From positions 1 through 56,979 of IMG/VR virus record IMGVR_UViG_3300042260_000461: a stretch of 56,979 nt of DNA. One strand, 5' to 3'. This document shows positions 56,561 through 56,979 of this stretch, piece by piece (position 1 is the stretch's first letter; every line of letters starts with the position of its first letter). Below the pieces are notes generated by a model. It did no database searches and was not told the DNA's origin. It was given only the letters and a program-made list of their open reading frames with translations. The position numbers and the translations under genes are program-made. The DNA comes from a virus (Duplodnaviria; Caudoviricetes).

Positions 56561-56684
56561 ATACCATGATTTTTATGGTCACTCCAGGAACTCCTTTCCT
56601 GTTCAAAATCAACGACTTACGCCGTTTCAATACCATGCGCCTGTGGATAAGTGCCGCATGGTATTCCGTAAATGGATATGGTAT
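56561..56684. repeat. Candidate integrase arm-type sites
   Basis: ATACCATG at 56561 and 56630, inverted at 56657 and (imperfect) 56677, and on the far side of the core at 189 and 201. Confidence 0.55.
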
Positions 56685-56729
56685 CAGGTAAGCGGTACCA
56701 CGGGCCATGCCATCGGCAGGGGTTGCTTG

Positions 56730-56979
56730 GTGGGTCAAGTTGCTGCCAGTCAATGCCGAACAGCGGACGTAAAAAAGCCCGCAGTGGTGCGGGCTTAGGG
56801 GTGTTTTGCGCCTTTCAGTGCCTGGCGCTGCCAGACATTAAATCATTCCCACTCAATTCTCAATAGCACCGCCAAGTGCTTGAATTGATTGGTTTTGTTG
56901 CAGTGCAACACAAGGCGATACCATGAATGATGCCATGCTCAGAAGTCCTCTACAAGACAAGGGCGTGCATCATTCGGAC
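56730..56979. repeat. Terminal direct repeat, right copy
   Basis: Matches 1-250; the att core here reads ATTGAGTGGGAATGA on the minus strand. Confidence 0.95.

Overview
The window is an apparently complete temperate phage genome of about 56.7 kb, circularly permuted, with bases 1-250 repeated at 56730-56979 (one mismatch). The architecture is podovirus-like, and the host is probably a GC-rich proteobacterium (inference). The minus-strand arm (42776->336) carries cro, replication genes (YdaU/DUF1376 initiator, lambda-P-like loader), terminase, a P22-like portal, a lysis cassette, scaffold, an N4-gp56-type capsid, tail and fibre genes, ejection proteins and a 4522-aa DarB-like polyvalent protein. 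The plus-strand arm (42852->55352) carries the repressor, many small early genes, RecT/YqaJ, SSB and AlpA, facing a P4-type tyrosine integrase whose attP mimics the 3' end of guaA (IEWE*). Most striking: the giant gene hides three small nested genes in its linkers. These are a 57-aa +1-frame gene, a TnpV-like +1-frame gene, and an antisense 89-aa gene abutting an embedded RelA/SpoT-like synthetase domain. The last two share a divergent promoter containing a perfect copy of the phage's 18-bp operator. Also notable: a SAM methyltransferase fused to a DDxxD isoprenoid-synthase-like domain just upstream of the ejection genes, a recurring late-promoter motif, a CsrA-like gene with GGA sites, and two related structured intergenic RNA elements. 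All family assignments come from motif recognition by eye; no database searches were run.
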